Assembly (NCBI GenBank): GCA_963797555.1
Contig: CAWCPV010000017.1
Coordinates: forward strand, 64,001-128,000
Direction of reading: 5' to 3'
DNA from: an uncultured Gammaproteobacteria bacterium
GTDB lineage: Bacteria; Pseudomonadota; Gammaproteobacteria; CAWCPV01
Length of the DNA: 64,000 bases
In this document: piece after piece, positions 20,726 through 29,702 of the stretch
Layout: each line of letters starts with the position of its first letter
Position numbering within the stretch: position 1 is the stretch's first letter
Position numbers and translations under genes: made by a program
The notes under the pieces: model-generated
What the model saw: only the letters and a program-made list of their open reading frames with translations
Databases searched by the model: none
Told to the model about the DNA's origin: nothing

Positions 20726-20757
20726 AGTGTGAAACCTGTACCCTGCTCACAGGTCAA
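20726..20757 (-). promoter_or_regulatory. MerR-type promoter/operator P3
   Basis: TTGACC-N20-CACACT with the dyad ACCTGT-N9-ACAGGT; the -35 element contains the merR2 stop codon. Confidence 0.72.
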
Positions 20758-21179
20758 GCCTCAGCGGCGCTGCGGTCGACGACCAGACGTTCCATGAGGC
20801 GGCGCAGGCCGGGCAGGTCACGCGGTTCCCCCGGCTGCGGCCCCAATTGGACGAGGGCCTGATTTAGGCAGGCCCGCTGTCGTGCGAGGGACGCCAGCGC
20901 CCGATCGATCTCGGCGAGCCGCTGGCACAGCAAGCCCTTCAGTTCGTGGGTGGCAAGTGGGCCCTGGTCCAGTTGCCTTAGGAGGTCGGCGATGTCGGCC
21001 AGTGAGCAGCCGAGACGGCGCGCGACCCGGATGAACATCAGGCGCTCCACGTCCCGCGGACCGAATCTCCTGTACGCATTGTGCGGGTCGCGATCCGGGC
21101 TCAGCAGACGAATGCGCGCATAGTAGCGCACGACGTGCGCGGGCACTCCGGCGAGCCGCGCCAGCTCATTTACCCTCAT
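20754..21179 (-). CDS. MerR-family regulator (MerR2) lacking the Cys residues of MerR1
   Basis: HTH GVPAHVVRYY..NAYRRF and a coiled-coil dimerisation helix. Confidence 0.85.
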   Translation of the reverse strand: MRVNELARLAGVPAHVVRYYARIRLLSPDRDPHNAYRRFGPRDVERLMFIRVARRLGCSLADIADLLRQLDQGPLATHELKGLLCQRLAEIDRALASLARQRACLNQALVQLGPQPGEPRDLPGLRRLMERLVVDRSAAEA

Positions 21180-21354
21180 GGCGGCGACCCTCCATGCAGC
21201 AACCGCGCCTGCAGGCAGGCCCGTTTGGTGGTTTTCCCGAAGCTTCTCGTCCCATGCCTATTACCTCCGTGTCTGGTCCTGCTCCAGGGCAGGAGCCTCA
21301 GTTCGCGGAGTCGGCGACCCGACCCCGCAGACGGCAACGGGGGCTCGGAGAACG

Positions 21355-21855
21355 CTATTCCAGAAGTCTGCGGAGTCGAAGGTAGAGGCGGGTGGTAAGG
21401 TGCGGCAGTGCCCGGGTAGACAGGGGCGGACAGCGGCGGCCGAACGCCCCCTCGGGCACAGGCGTCGACGGCAAGCTCGGGGCACGCGCGTCGAGCAAGG
21501 TCGAGCCGGCATCGCGCGAATCCAACATGGTGGCGGCGGCCGGCACGCGGTCGCAGTGGTGGTGTTCGTCGCTTCCTGGCGGGCTCTCGGCCACCCCTCC
21601 GGCTTGGACCGGCACGAAGCGCTGCGATCCGTGGCTAGGGAGCAGAAGCCCCGCGACGCCCTCGCAGCAAGGCCCGAGCGCCAACGTGAGGACCAGCAGC
21701 GACCAGCCGACTACGATCCAGCGCGCGAGGACACCGGCTCGCCGGGCAGAAGCCCTTTTCGGGCGCCCTGGGTGGGGCGTGCCTCGCAGAGGCAACGTGC
21801 GCTTCTCCGCTCCCAACTCCCCGCTGAGCACTGGGGTGCCGGCGACGCGCAGCAT
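21355..21855 (-). CDS. Small putative metal-binding membrane/leader protein (start uncertain)
   Basis: Hydrophobic helix, then PCCE and DEHHHC, a Pro-rich segment and C-terminal RLYLRLRRLLE. Confidence 0.45.
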   Translation of the reverse strand: MLRVAGTPVLSGELGAEKRTLPLRGTPHPGRPKRASARRAGVLARWIVVGWSLLVLTLALGPCCEGVAGLLLPSHGSQRFVPVQAGGVAESPPGSDEHHHCDRVPAAATMLDSRDAGSTLLDARAPSLPSTPVPEGAFGRRCPPLSTRALPHLTTRLYLRLRRLLE

Positions 21856-21950
21856 GGAGTTATCGCCGGCGGGCAACGACGAGCCACCCGACCCAGCTAA
21901 TGGGCCGTTCGGTCGTCCCCCGAAAGCGTGCACGGGCATGTAACGATCCC

Positions 21951-22455
21951 TCAGTGAAGGTGCGCCGGCCTTTGTCCGTGGCCATGCGCATGAGCGCCCG
22001 GACCTTCGGTATGGGGTAGGGACATGACGCCGAGACCATGTCGGTACACCAACTCCGCTCCGTGCCACGCAGTGGCGGCCAGAAAACCGACACCGACGAC
22101 AAGCACCGCGGCCAGCCAGGGACTGGCACCCGCGTTCCTGCGGTACCGCACGAGCGACCAGGTCGGCGCCGATAAAGAAGATGGCCAGCGTCATCAGGGC
22201 GAGGTCGCGGTGCTCCAGCATGACCGCGTGTGCCGCCTCGTCGTGGAGCACCGTGTTGAACGCGCGCCAGCCGAGGAAAGCCGTGAGCAGAGTCAACGCC
22301 GTCCCGCTCCAGAGGTTCCAGCGGGCCACCGTGAGCCACTGCTCCCTCCAGAGGGGGACCGCGAGCGCCAGCAGGTAAAACACGGTTCCTGCCGTCAGCA
22401 GCCCAATGGTGAAATGGACCAGGATGGGATGCCAGTTGGGAATGATCTCGACCAT
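21951..22455 (-). CDS. DUF2231-family membrane protein, one frameshift near 22165
   Basis: NWHPILVHFTIGL, HDEAAH..EH and AWHGAELVYRHGLGV, with a His-rich tail. Confidence 0.78.
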
Positions 22456-22492
22456 AGCACTGCCTCCCGTAACTGCCGCCAGTCGGTGTGGT

Positions 22493-23830
22493 CTACGCGG
22501 ACCGGATCCCGTCCCGCTGCAGGTCCTCGGCACTCGCCAGATCCGCGACCGTGCCCGGCGGGTGCCGGTACCAGCCAGGATCCTCGTAGCTCCTCAGGTG
22601 CTCGCGCACCTTGAGCACCGTGAACATCCCGCCCATGTCGATATACCCGAAGGGCCCCGGCATCCCGAGCATGGGGATGCTGTTCTCCGGAACGGCCATC
22701 CTCATTTGGACCATCTCGCCCATCCCGGCCTCTCCCATCGTCATGTAACCCGGCAGCAGCGGCTGGACCCGACGGTCGATGTCCTGCGCCTTCACTCCCA
22801 CCATGTTGGGGACCCCGTGGCCCATCTGGTTCATGGTGTGATGGGTCATGTGGCAGTGGAGCGCCCAGTCCCCCGGCGCGTCGGCGATGAATTCGATCTC
22901 TCGAGTCTGGCCCACCCCGACCAGCACGGTTGCTTCAGGCCATTGGGCAGACGCTGGGATACGCTCGCCGTCGGTCCCCACGACCCTGAAGCGGTGGCCG
23001 TGCAGGTGGATGGGGTGGTGGTCCATGGCGGACAGATTGCCGATGCGGATGCGCACCCGGTCGTTCAGCCGCGCCACGAGCGGTTCCGTGCCCGGGAAGG
23101 CGCGGCCGTTCATGGTGAGGAGGTTGAAGTCCGTCATCTCGTTGGGGTTCGGGCGGGAGGTCCCGGGGTCGATGCGCCACTCCGAGAGCAGCAGGCAAAA
23201 GTCCCGGTCCACCCGCTCGTCGGGCGTCGGAAGCCGCGGGTGGATGACGAACATCCCCAGCAGCCCCAAACCCTCCTGGGTCATGCTGTCGTGATGGGAG
23301 TGGTACATGAAGGTGCCGCTCTGGCGCAGCGTCCACTCGTACCGGAAGGTCTTGCCCGGCGGGATGGGGCGCTGGGTGAGACCGCTCACTCCGTCCATGC
23401 CGCTCGGCAGGTACATGCCGTGCCAGTGCACGGTGGTGGGCGCGGGCAGCCTGTTGGTGACGTAAATACGCACCCGCTCGCCCTGGACCGCCTCGATGAC
23501 GGAGGCGTTCACACGGCCGCTGTAGCCCCAGCTCTTGGCCCTGAGACCCGGGGCAAATTCATGGTCGAGCGGCTCGGCCATGAGATGGAACACCTTCACG
23601 CCGTCGACGACCTTGAAGGGCAGCGCGGCCCCGTTCGGAACGACCACCGGCTGGTAATCTTTCCCTGGCAGGCCCGGAGGCAGTGGCGGCACGTCCACTG
23701 GGCCGCCGCTGTACGAGGCGTCCCAGCCGCGGCTAGGCTCTTGCGCCGGGGCGGCCTCGGGGACCAGCGCGGAGCCGCCCACCAGGGCGGCGGCTGCGGA
23801 CTTGAACAGATCGCGTCGCGTGAAATTCAT
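22493..23830 (-). CDS. Tat-exported two-domain multicopper oxidase
   Basis: TRRDLFK Tat motif; VHWHG, YHSH, HPIHLHGH and HCHMTHHTMNQM. Confidence 0.92.
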   Translation of the reverse strand: MNFTRRDLFKSAAAALVGGSALVPEAAPAQEPSRGWDASYSGGPVDVPPLPPGLPGKDYQPVVVPNGAALPFKVVDGVKVFHLMAEPLDHEFAPGLRAKSWGYSGRVNASVIEAVQGERVRIYVTNRLPAPTTVHWHGMYLPSGMDGVSGLTQRPIPPGKTFRYEWTLRQSGTFMYHSHHDSMTQEGLGLLGMFVIHPRLPTPDERVDRDFCLLLSEWRIDPGTSRPNPNEMTDFNLLTMNGRAFPGTEPLVARLNDRVRIRIGNLSAMDHHPIHLHGHRFRVVGTDGERIPASAQWPEATVLVGVGQTREIEFIADAPGDWALHCHMTHHTMNQMGHGVPNMVGVKAQDIDRRVQPLLPGYMTMGEAGMGEMVQMRMAVPENSIPMLGMPGPFGYIDMGGMFTVLKVREHLRSYEDPGWYRHPPGTVADLASAEDLQRDGIRSA

Positions 23831-23832
23831 GG

Positions 23833-25245
23833 TCAGTGTCCTCCGGCGCCGAGATCGATCATTTGGGCACCGCCGGCTACAGGTCCGGCGGAGGCGGTGA
23901 CGCGCGGCTCGACCAGCAGCCCGTTCAGGATCTCCTCGGCGCGGGCGTGGGCCAGCCAGTAATCCCGCAGCGCCCCGATGTAGCGCTGCCCGGTCAGGAT
24001 CTGCTGCTGCTGCGCCAGCAGTAGCTCGAAGACCCCCATCTGCATGGCGTTGTACTCGAGCTGGCTCCCGGCCGTGATGCGCTCCCGCAGCGGCAGGAGC
24101 ACTTCGCGCAGGTGGCGCTCCCGCGCCGCTCCGTTCTGGAGCGCAACGGCAGCGGAGCGCGCAGCCGAGCGCACCCGGACCGCGGTGTCGAGGTAGCGAT
24201 CTCGGAGCTGCGCCAGCTCGCCGCGCACCCTGGCGCGCCTGGCCTGCCCGAAGTCGAAGAGGGGCAGGGGTAGCCCGACGCTTCCACCGTAACGCCAGTG
24301 CCCTTCGTCCCGCTCCGAGCGCGGGCCCACCTCCAAGTCTGGAACCACCGAGGCAAGGTTGGTCAAGCCGACCCGCGCGGCCGCCCCCTGCATCTGCAGT
24401 TGCAGCATGGCGAGATCTAGGCTGCGGGCCACGGCTCGCTTCTCGACCTGTTGCAGATCGAGCGGCTCCGGAGGCACCGGCGGCAGGTGCGGCGCCATGC
24501 GCCACTGCGTCTGTTCCCCCCACAGCCCCATCAGTGCATTGAGCCGCTCACGGCTCACTTGCGCGGCCTCCTCGGCGTCCGCCAGCATCAGTCGGGACTG
24601 TTCGTACAGGACCTGCTCCTGATCCAAGGCGAGATGCGTAATGTTGCCCGCTTGCCGCAGGCGCTCCGCGGCCTGCCGGGCCGCATCGGTTGCCTGCACC
24701 ACCTGGCGCATCAGCTCCACGGTCTGCTGGTCGGCCTGCGCCTCGTAGAACGCGCGCCTCACCTCCCCCGCCAAATCCATGACCCGAGCGGTCACGCGCA
24801 GCTTGGCGGCCTCGAAGTCCTTCGCGGCCGCCTGCCTGCGCAGCGGCATGGTGAACAGGCCGAGGAAATCCCAGGCCACCGCGAAGTCCAGGTTGGGAGG
24901 CGCCCCGTTCTGGTTCTTGAGAATGGCCGCCTCGAACACGGGGTTGCGCAGCAGGCCGGCCTGGACTAGGTCGGCCTGGGCTATTCCCAGCTCCTCGTAG
25001 ACCGCCTGTAGACGCGGGTTATTGAGGAGGGCGACCTGCACCGCGCCGTCGGCGGTCATCTCCTCCTTCAGCATCACGGCCACGCTCTGGGCCACTGCCT
25101 GGTCCTCCGATCCGCCGTGGCGCCAGTGGATACGCTTGCCGACGCGCTCCCGAACGGAGGTGCCCACCTGGTCGAATCCAGCCCGGGGGTCGACAGTGGT
25201 GCAGCCGGAAAGCACTACCAGGACTGCGGCGAACACCTTGATCAT
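23833..25245 (-). CDS. TolC-family outer membrane lipoprotein (copper-oxidase associated)
   Basis: LSGC lipobox, ALLNNPRLQA..AQADLVQAGLLRNP, LPLFDFG and YNAMQMGVFELL. Confidence 0.88.
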   Translation of the reverse strand: MIKVFAAVLVVLSGCTTVDPRAGFDQVGTSVRERVGKRIHWRHGGSEDQAVAQSVAVMLKEEMTADGAVQVALLNNPRLQAVYEELGIAQADLVQAGLLRNPVFEAAILKNQNGAPPNLDFAVAWDFLGLFTMPLRRQAAAKDFEAAKLRVTARVMDLAGEVRRAFYEAQADQQTVELMRQVVQATDAARQAAERLRQAGNITHLALDQEQVLYEQSRLMLADAEEAAQVSRERLNALMGLWGEQTQWRMAPHLPPVPPEPLDLQQVEKRAVARSLDLAMLQLQMQGAAARVGLTNLASVVPDLEVGPRSERDEGHWRYGGSVGLPLPLFDFGQARRARVRGELAQLRDRYLDTAVRVRSAARSAAVALQNGAARERHLREVLLPLRERITAGSQLEYNAMQMGVFELLLAQQQQILTGQRYIGALRDYWLAHARAEEILNGLLVEPRVTASAGPVAGGAQMIDLGAGGH

Positions 25246-25455
25246 ACCGCGGACCGCCAATTTGTCAGGCGGCGGATTCGTCCGTATTGAGTGCGGAGAC
25301 GACCTCACCGCGGGAGTTTGCATGCCACGGTACGGATACGGTGCCAGTCGTTATGCTCAGGCTTCGGTAACATTGAAACGGCCGCGGGACTGCGCCAGGC
25401 ACATCGCACTCAGCGAGAAGACGGCGCCCAGAGAGTCTATAAGGAGTCCGAATCG

Positions 25456-28400
25456 TCATTCCGCGGTGGATGGGCTCCGTGTGGTGCGATGCCCTGTGAG
25501 TTCCAGGAACTCGTTTCCCGACTCGGTAGCCTCGAATCGCCCATATCGCAGCGCGAGCGTCGGCAGGACGAGGAGGTTGAGTGCCAGTGAGGTTAGGAGC
25601 CCGCCGAGAATGACCAGCGCCATTGGCCCCTCGATCTCGCGCCCCGGTGCGTCCATGCCGATCGCGAGCGGCAGCACAGCAAGCGCCGTCACGAGCGAGG
25701 TCATGAGGATCGGCGCAAGCCGGTCGGCGGCGCCGCGGATCGCTGCCTCGGGCCCCCACCGCATCCCCTCTTCCACGGTCAGGTGCTCATAGTGCGAGAT
25801 CATCAGGATGGAGTTTCTCAGGGTAATGCCGAACAGCGTAACGAAACCCACCATAGACCCCAAGGACAAGACACCGCCGAGAGCAAATACCGCCAACACG
25901 CCACCCGTTAGCGCAAAAGGCAGGTTCGCCAGGACGAGGAGCAAGTTGCGCCAGTTGCGAGTGACGATCGACAGCAGCATCACAACGCCGACGCCGGCGA
26001 TCAACCCGTTTATCAGCAGGTCACGCTGTGCCCGCGCCTGGCCCTGCGCCGCACCGGCGAATTGTATATACGTCCCGGCGGGTAGCGAAACCTTTGCGGC
26101 GAGCTGCGCCTGCGCCTGCTGCACGAAGGACGCCACGTTGCCGCCAGCCACATCCGCGGTCACTGTTTGGACGCGCTGTGCCCCTATGCGCATCACCTGG
26201 TAACGTCCGGCGGCCTCGTAAATGTCGGCGATCTGCTTGAGCAGAACGTAGGTGCCGCCCGGACTGCGCAACGGCAGATCGCCGACTTTCGTGATGCTGT
26301 TTCGACTGGCGTTGTCGAGCAGGGTGATGACGTTGAAGACCTGGTTGCCTTGATAACCCTGGCCCACAATGTCGCCCTGATAGGCCGCGCGGATCAGATC
26401 GAGCACCTCGACGGAGTCGAACCCCCAACGCTCGAGGTCAGGCTTGCGCAACCGGATCGTCAGTTGCGGCAGCCCAGGCGGCGACTGGACCTGAACTTCC
26501 GTCGCGCCCGGAACTTCACCAAGAACCCGGGCCACTTCCTGCCCCTTCTGATCGAGGGCATCGAGATCGTTGCCGAAGATATTGACCGCCACCTGAGCGG
26601 TATATCCTGAGAGGGTCTCTTCGATCCGTTCAGTCAGGAAGGTCTTGACCGAAAAGTTCACCCCGACGAAGCCCGCCAGCGCCTTGCGAATATCCGCTTG
26701 GGCCGCTTCGGCCTCGTCCCCCGATAGGCCTGGCTTGAGATCCACCTCGAATTCGCTGTACTGCGTGCCGAAGGTGTCAGTGGCGAGTTCTGCTCTCCCG
26801 ACCCGTTGCGCCACCGATCGCACGGCAGGCACTTTCAGGAGCGCGTCGGTTACACGTCTGCCCGTGCGCAGCGACTGCTCGATGGAGGTGCCGGGCACCA
26901 TCGACATATGGATAATGAAATGCCCCTCCTTGATCTCGGGCAGAAAACTGCCGCTGAAGAAAGGCAGCGCCGCACATCCGAGAACGGTCAGCCCCACGGC
27001 CGCAGCCATGGTCGCCCGAGGCCGTCGCTCAATGCCGCGCAGCAGGGACGCGTACCGAGCTTTGGTCCAGCGCACAACGGGCGGTTCCTGGGGCTCAAGA
27101 CCACGAACCAGGAGCACTACCGACAACGCCGGCGTCACTGTGAGCGCGACGAGTAGCAACGTCAAGACTGCGAGGATGTAAGCGATCCCGAGGGACCCAA
27201 AGAGCCGGCCGGCGACGCCGGATAGTGCCATGATCGGCAACACCACCAGGATGACGGCAAAAGTGGCATAGACGACGGCCCCCCGGACTTCGAAGGAGGC
27301 GTCGAGCACCACGCGCTCGGCCGGCCGCGGCTGAGGCAGATGCCGGTTCTCTCGTAGTCGTCGCGTGATATTCTCGATGCCGATCACGGCGTCATCGACC
27401 ACTACACCGAGCGCGATCGCGAGTCCGCCCAAGGTCATGGTGTTCAGCGTCGCGCCGAAATGCTCAAGGACAATGATGGCGGCAAGCAGCGACAGCGGAA
27501 TGGCAGCGACGCTGATCGCCGCAGTTCGGAAGTTGGACAGGAACAGGAAAAGGACGACAGTTACCAGTATCCCGCCCACGAAAAGCGAGGAGCGGACATT
27601 GCCAGTAGCGGTGTCGATGAAGCTGGCAGGACGGAACAGATCGGCATGCAGAGTCACACCCTCTTTCTGCAGCCCGGGCTGAAGATCCCTGAGCGCGGCT
27701 TCGACCGCCTTCGTCACCTCGACAGTGTTGGCGCCATACTGTTCCTCCACATTGAGGACCACTCCGGTTTGGCCCATGATGGCCGCACCGCCGATGGCCG
27801 GCTCCGGCGCCTCGACAACGTCAGCCACGTTCCCCAACGTGACGCTCGCCGCCCCCTCGGTCAGCAGCACAGTGTGCGCGACGTCGTCGGGCATAAGGGA
27901 CTGCCCCTCGCTCTGGAAGACGATCCGCTGGTTTTGGGTGTCGATGAAACCGGCGCCGCGCACGCCGGTTGCTCGCTGGGCCGCCGCCAGGACATCGTTG
28001 AGGGTGAGGCCGTGGCGGATGAGCTGGTCCGGATGGACCTGGACCTGGATCGACTTCACATCGCCGCCAAACACCGAGACATTGGCCACCCCCGGGACAG
28101 CGAGAAGCCGGAGACGTAGCGTCCAATCGGCAATCGTCCGTAGGTCCATCAGCGACTGCTGTTGCGACGTGATGCCCGCCACCAATACCACGCTCGTGGA
28201 GGAGGTGAGCGGCGTCATCGTTGGCGGTTTCGCACCCTGCGGTAGCTCACCCGCAGCCGTGGCCAGACGCTCGGCGACGACTTGCCGGTCGCGGTAGATG
28301 TCACTTGATGAACTAAAGAAGACCGTGACGACCGAGAGGCCCTGGATCGAGATGGAGCGAAGCGTTTGCACGCCCGGCACACCGTTGATAGCATTCTCGA

Positions 28401-28626
28401 TGGGCTGAGTGACGAGGATCTCGACCTGTTGCGGCGTGAGCCCCGGCGCCTCGGTCTGAATGCCCACCTGCGGCGGCGCGAATTCGGGGAATACGTCGTA
28501 TCTCGCTCGCTGCAGAGCATAGACGCCGTAGCCCAGGAGGACGCAGGCCAGCGCGATGATCATGCCGCGGAAGCGGATCGAGAAGCGGATTATGGCCCCT
28601 TGAGGCCCGGACGGGACGGGAGGCAT
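25456..28626 (-). CDS. CusA/CzcA-family heavy-metal RND permease
   Basis: DVFPEFAPPQVGIQTEAPG, NTMTLGGLAIALGVVVDDA, RLAPILMTSL and GREIEGPMA. Confidence 0.92.
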   Translation of the reverse strand: MPPVPSGPQGAIIRFSIRFRGMIIALACVLLGYGVYALQRARYDVFPEFAPPQVGIQTEAPGLTPQQVEILVTQPIENAINGVPGVQTLRSISIQGLSVVTVFFSSSSDIYRDRQVVAERLATAAGELPQGAKPPTMTPLTSSTSVVLVAGITSQQQSLMDLRTIADWTLRLRLLAVPGVANVSVFGGDVKSIQVQVHPDQLIRHGLTLNDVLAAAQRATGVRGAGFIDTQNQRIVFQSEGQSLMPDDVAHTVLLTEGAASVTLGNVADVVEAPEPAIGGAAIMGQTGVVLNVEEQYGANTVEVTKAVEAALRDLQPGLQKEGVTLHADLFRPASFIDTATGNVRSSLFVGGILVTVVLFLFLSNFRTAAISVAAIPLSLLAAIIVLEHFGATLNTMTLGGLAIALGVVVDDAVIGIENITRRLRENRHLPQPRPAERVVLDASFEVRGAVVYATFAVILVVLPIMALSGVAGRLFGSLGIAYILAVLTLLLVALTVTPALSVVLLVRGLEPQEPPVVRWTKARYASLLRGIERRPRATMAAAVGLTVLGCAALPFFSGSFLPEIKEGHFIIHMSMVPGTSIEQSLRTGRRVTDALLKVPAVRSVAQRVGRAELATDTFGTQYSEFEVDLKPGLSGDEAEAAQADIRKALAGFVGVNFSVKTFLTERIEETLSGYTAQVAVNIFGNDLDALDQKGQEVARVLGEVPGATEVQVQSPPGLPQLTIRLRKPDLERWGFDSVEVLDLIRAAYQGDIVGQGYQGNQVFNVITLLDNASRNSITKVGDLPLRSPGGTYVLLKQIADIYEAAGRYQVMRIGAQRVQTVTADVAGGNVASFVQQAQAQLAAKVSLPAGTYIQFAGAAQGQARAQRDLLINGLIAGVGVVMLLSIVTRNWRNLLLVLANLPFALTGGVLAVFALGGVLSLGSMVGFVTLFGITLRNSILMISHYEHLTVEEGMRWGPEAAIRGAADRLAPILMTSLVTALAVLPLAIGMDAPGREIEGPMALVILGGLLTSLALNLLVLPTLALRYGRFEATESGNEFLELTGHRTTRSPSTAE

Positions 28627-28628
28627 GG

Positions 28629-29702
28629 CTAGTCCTGACCGACCTGGAATTGCGCCCGGAACTCTTCCGACAGCAGCGCCTGGGCACCCTGCGTGACAAG
28701 CTGGGTTTTGCTGGGCAATCCCTTGATAACGTAACCGCCATCCGGCGTCGGCAGGTCGGTCGCGATCTCGCGGCGCGTGAAAGTCTGCGGGCCGGTGCGA
28801 AGATAGACCCATGCCTTGCCTTGCACCCACACGACCGCCGATTGGGGCACCATCCCTGCGGCGACAGGCGTCCCGTCCGGCAGGAACGCCAGCACGTTGA
28901 GCCCCGGCAGCAAACCGCTCTCGGCCGGCGCGATGTAGAAGAAGCTCAGCCCCTGGATTTTGGGATCGGTCTTGGTCGCCGCCGAGACGTATTTGAGTCG
29001 GACCCTACGAGCATTGCCAAGTTGGGCCGAGGCGATCTCGGGCACCTTCTCGATGAAGACGCCAGGCGGCAAGGTCACCTGGACAACGAAATCCTGTCGC
29101 TCGATGAGCCGGGTGACCATCGGCAACTCGGCCACAAGCGCCTGTCCGAACACCGGTCCCCAGTTCTGCTCGGCCGTCGCGGCCAAGGTTCGCAACTGGG
29201 ACTGGGCCGATGCGAGGGCCGCACGGTCGGCGCGGTACGTCGCCTCGGCTGCCTGCAACTGCGCGGCCGACATGTTCTGCTGGTCCTCGTAAAGCCTTCG
29301 CGCCCGTTCGAAGGCGCCCTGCGAGGCTGCAAGCTTCGCCTGGACCGCCTGCAACTGCGCCTTCGCGTTCACATAGTTGTTGCTGAGGTCGGTAAACTGT
29401 TGGAGATCGAGAACTGTGCCATACGCGCGGATTTGCTGCTGATACGGCGCGCGCTGCAGGATCGTCGTCTCGACGCCGCTTTGTTGCTGCGCGGCGCGAT
29501 CGAGCGTAATCACCGACGCACCGTTCTCTGTCGAAACCCGGAGGGGCACCTTGACCGGACTCTCCCGCTCGGCCTCGAGCGCCGCCTGTTTTCGGCCGGC
29601 GCTAAATCCCCAGATGACAAGAGCGCCAAGGCCAAGAACGATGACCACGGCAACGGCGATGCGGAGAAGCGTGGTACCTCGGATCGAATGTCGATGGCTC
29701 AC
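28629..29702 (-). CDS. RND membrane fusion protein
   Basis: N-terminal TM, coiled coil, VPQSAVVW..LVTQGAQALLSEE; the GTG start overlaps the upstream stop. Confidence 0.85.
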   Translation of the reverse strand: MSHRHSIRGTTLLRIAVAVVIVLGLGALVIWGFSAGRKQAALEAERESPVKVPLRVSTENGASVITLDRAAQQQSGVETTILQRAPYQQQIRAYGTVLDLQQFTDLSNNYVNAKAQLQAVQAKLAASQGAFERARRLYEDQQNMSAAQLQAAEATYRADRAALASAQSQLRTLAATAEQNWGPVFGQALVAELPMVTRLIERQDFVVQVTLPPGVFIEKVPEIASAQLGNARRVRLKYVSAATKTDPKIQGLSFFYIAPAESGLLPGLNVLAFLPDGTPVAAGMVPQSAVVWVQGKAWVYLRTGPQTFTRREIATDLPTPDGGYVIKGLPSKTQLVTQGAQALLSEEFRAQFQVGQD

